Source: Acidimicrobiia bacterium (GTDB taxonomy: Bacteria > Actinomycetota > Acidimicrobiia > Spongiisociales > JAENVV01). Taken from it: a stretch of DNA of 44,520 nucleotides. The notes beneath the pieces are model-generated. The model saw nothing but the letters and a program-made list of their open reading frames with translations. It made no database searches and had not been told where the DNA came from. Positions 42,987 to 44,520 of this stretch are shown here, in pieces. The position numbers were made by a program, and so were the translations under genes. Position 1 is the first letter of the stretch. Each line of letters opens with the position of its first letter. Where the stretch lies: the NCBI GenBank assembly GCA_041577335.1, contig JBFGJH010000021.1, positions 1 to 44,520 on the forward strand, given 5' to 3'.

Positions 42987-44520
42987 TCAACCACTCAGCG
43001 CCCGTTTCAAGAAGGCGGCCATCTGGCCTCGGGTCACGGGTTGGCTCGGGCAGAAGTCGTTGCCGCCGCATCCGCTGGTGATTCCTGCGGTGGCCAGTTT
43101 GGCGATGTCGGTCTCGAAGGGCGACGCGTCATCGTCGTCGAAGTCGATGGTCGGATCGATCTCGGTGAGGCTGAGTGCTCTGACGAGGAACGCCGCCATC
43201 TGGCCTCGAGTCACCGGGTCCAGCGGGCAGAAGTCGTTGCCGCCACATCCAGTGGTGATTCCTGCGGTGGCCAGTTTGGCTATGTCGGTCTCGAAGATCG
43301 AGGCGTTGTCATCGTCGAAGTCGATGGTCGGATCGATCTCGGTGAGGTCGAGTGCTCTGACGAGGAACGCCGCCATCTGCCCTCGGGTCACCGAATCGCC
43401 GGGACAGAAGAGGGTCTTTTCGGCGTTGCACCCGGTGGTGATCTCCTCGCCGGCCAACCAGATGATGTCGTTGCGAAACACCGAGCCGTCGATGTCGGTG
43501 AGGCGTAGCGAAAGGCTCCCAAAGACGAACTCGAACTCTCCGGCATCGAGTTGGATCTCCGCCGCGCCTTCCGGATCGTTTGGGTTGGGGGCGCCGACCC
43601 ACTCGGTCACATACACGTCCCGAGAACAATCCGTGAAACGGACATGGAACGGCTGATCGGTGATGCCGCCGATGGTGTAGAGGCCTTCGTCGTCGGTGAC
43701 TGCGCTTTCGTGCACTGTGGTTTGGTCGCCGGCGTCGACGACATCGACGCAGATTCCTTCGAGCGGCGCGCCGTCGTAGGTGTCGAGCGCCCACCCGGCA
43801 ATCGCGGCCGATTCGACGGTCACGTCGATGTTGGTCGCCGAGCCCGTCAGGGAGACGATCGTCGCACCGTCGGAGACGGGATCTCCGGTGTAGTCGGGGG
43901 CGCCATGCCAGGCTACCGGGGCGATGGTGGCGGCCAACACCCAGTAGTCCCCATCGGGGAGACCCTTCACCGTGTAACTGCCGTCGGCTTCGGTCACACC
44001 GAGTCCGAACGACGCCTTGGGCAAGGAGAACTGGTCGAAGTCCGGGTGCTCATGGACGGCGAAGACGGAAACCCCCTCCAAGGGGGTGCCGTTGCCGTCG
44101 GTGACTGTCCCGCTGATGGTGCTTCCGCCGGCGTCCATCTCCATATCGACGGTGGTGGTCTGGTCGGCGGTCACGACGATCGGCGTCGATTCGTCCCATC
44201 GGGTGGCGCCATCCCAGAAGACCGACGTGTGAGTGCCGGATTCGCTGGCGAAGATCATGTAGTAGCTGCCTGGCGGAAGTTCGGCCGAGTAGCCGCCATC
44301 GACGCCGGTCTCATATTCGTCGCCGGTCCATGCGCCGGTTGCCGCTGATGTGAAGAACACCGACATCATGTCGATCGGGGTTCCTGTTCCGGATTCGGTG
44401 ACGGTGCCTGCCACGGTTCCGAGGCCGTGCGACTGCGGCTGGGCGACCGACGACGGGTTGCAGCGGTGGCTTCCAAACGGAAGCGACAAGCCGGTTGCAA
44501 CACATGGGTCAGCAGCCGAC
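42987..44520 (-). CDS. SLH-anchored surface protein with carboxypeptidase-regulatory/prealbumin-like repeats (5'-partial)
   Basis: Three G.VT/AL...G.P...T..DG.Y repeats and three TRGQMAAFL SLH motifs; frame stays open to the window end. Confidence 0.85.
   Translation of the reverse strand, partial: SAADPCVATGLSLPFGSHRCNPSSVAQPQSHGLGTVAGTVTESGTGTPIDMMSVFFTSAATGAWTGDEYETGVDGGYSAELPPGSYYMIFASESGTHTSVFWDGATRWDESTPIVVTADQTTTVDMEMDAGGSTISGTVTDGNGTPLEGVSVFAVHEHPDFDQFSLPKASFGLGVTEADGSYTVKGLPDGDYWVLAATIAPVAWHGAPDYTGDPVSDGATIVSLTGSATNIDVTVESAAIAGWALDTYDGAPLEGICVDVVDAGDQTTVHESAVTDDEGLYTIGGITDQPFHVRFTDCSRDVYVTEWVGAPNPNDPEGAAEIQLDAGEFEFVFGSLSLRLTDIDGSVFRNDIIWLAGEEITTGCNAEKTLFCPGDSVTRGQMAAFLVRALDLTEIDPTIDFDDDNASIFETDIAKLATAGITTGCGGNDFCPLDPVTRGQMAAFLVRALSLTEIDPTIDFDDDDASPFETDIAKLATAGITSGCGGNDFCPSQPVTRGQMAAFLKRALSG
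43018..43392. repeat. 177-bp tandem duplication encoding SLH repeats
   Basis: GCCATCTG recurs at 43018, 43195 and 43372 with near-identical intervening sequence. Confidence 0.85.

Overview
High-GC bacterial chromosome segment, most likely Actinomycetota and probably Acidimicrobiia-like (inferred from actinobacterial SOS boxes, the cinA-thpR-recA-rny-miaB-miaA-dapF-lexA-lysM-nrdR order and Cys-containing SLH repeats). About 1-16.2 kb is mostly core: secreted hydrolase, PHP phosphatase, cinA, thpR, recA, rny, miaB, miaA, dapF, lexA, LysM division inhibitor, nrdR, dut and tRNA-Gly/Cys/Val. It carries five LexA boxes and two PafBC/RecA-NDp-like promoters. 17.3-24.3 kb is a Tat-exported molybdopterin oxidoreductase operon (catalytic, 4Fe-4S, NrfD, small membrane protein, TorD, polyferredoxin) with an atypical FS0 motif and a Rex/CRP-like box. 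24.4-34.5 kb holds mixed accessory genes, including a PL14-like SLH protein and a Cys/Pro-rich 743-aa orphan beside a pseudo-receiver LuxR regulator. 34.5-43 kb is the best candidate for an undescribed system. A domain-rearranged PEP-utilising dikinase-like enzyme converges on an operon encoding a dTMP-kinase-like protein, two paralogous unknown proteins, a free substrate-domain-like protein and a free phospho-His domain; an SGNH-like protein and a nucleotidyltransferase lie divergently. The window ends inside an SLH surface protein. No CRISPR array, integrase or transposase was seen. All family calls come from motif recognition by eye; no searches were run.
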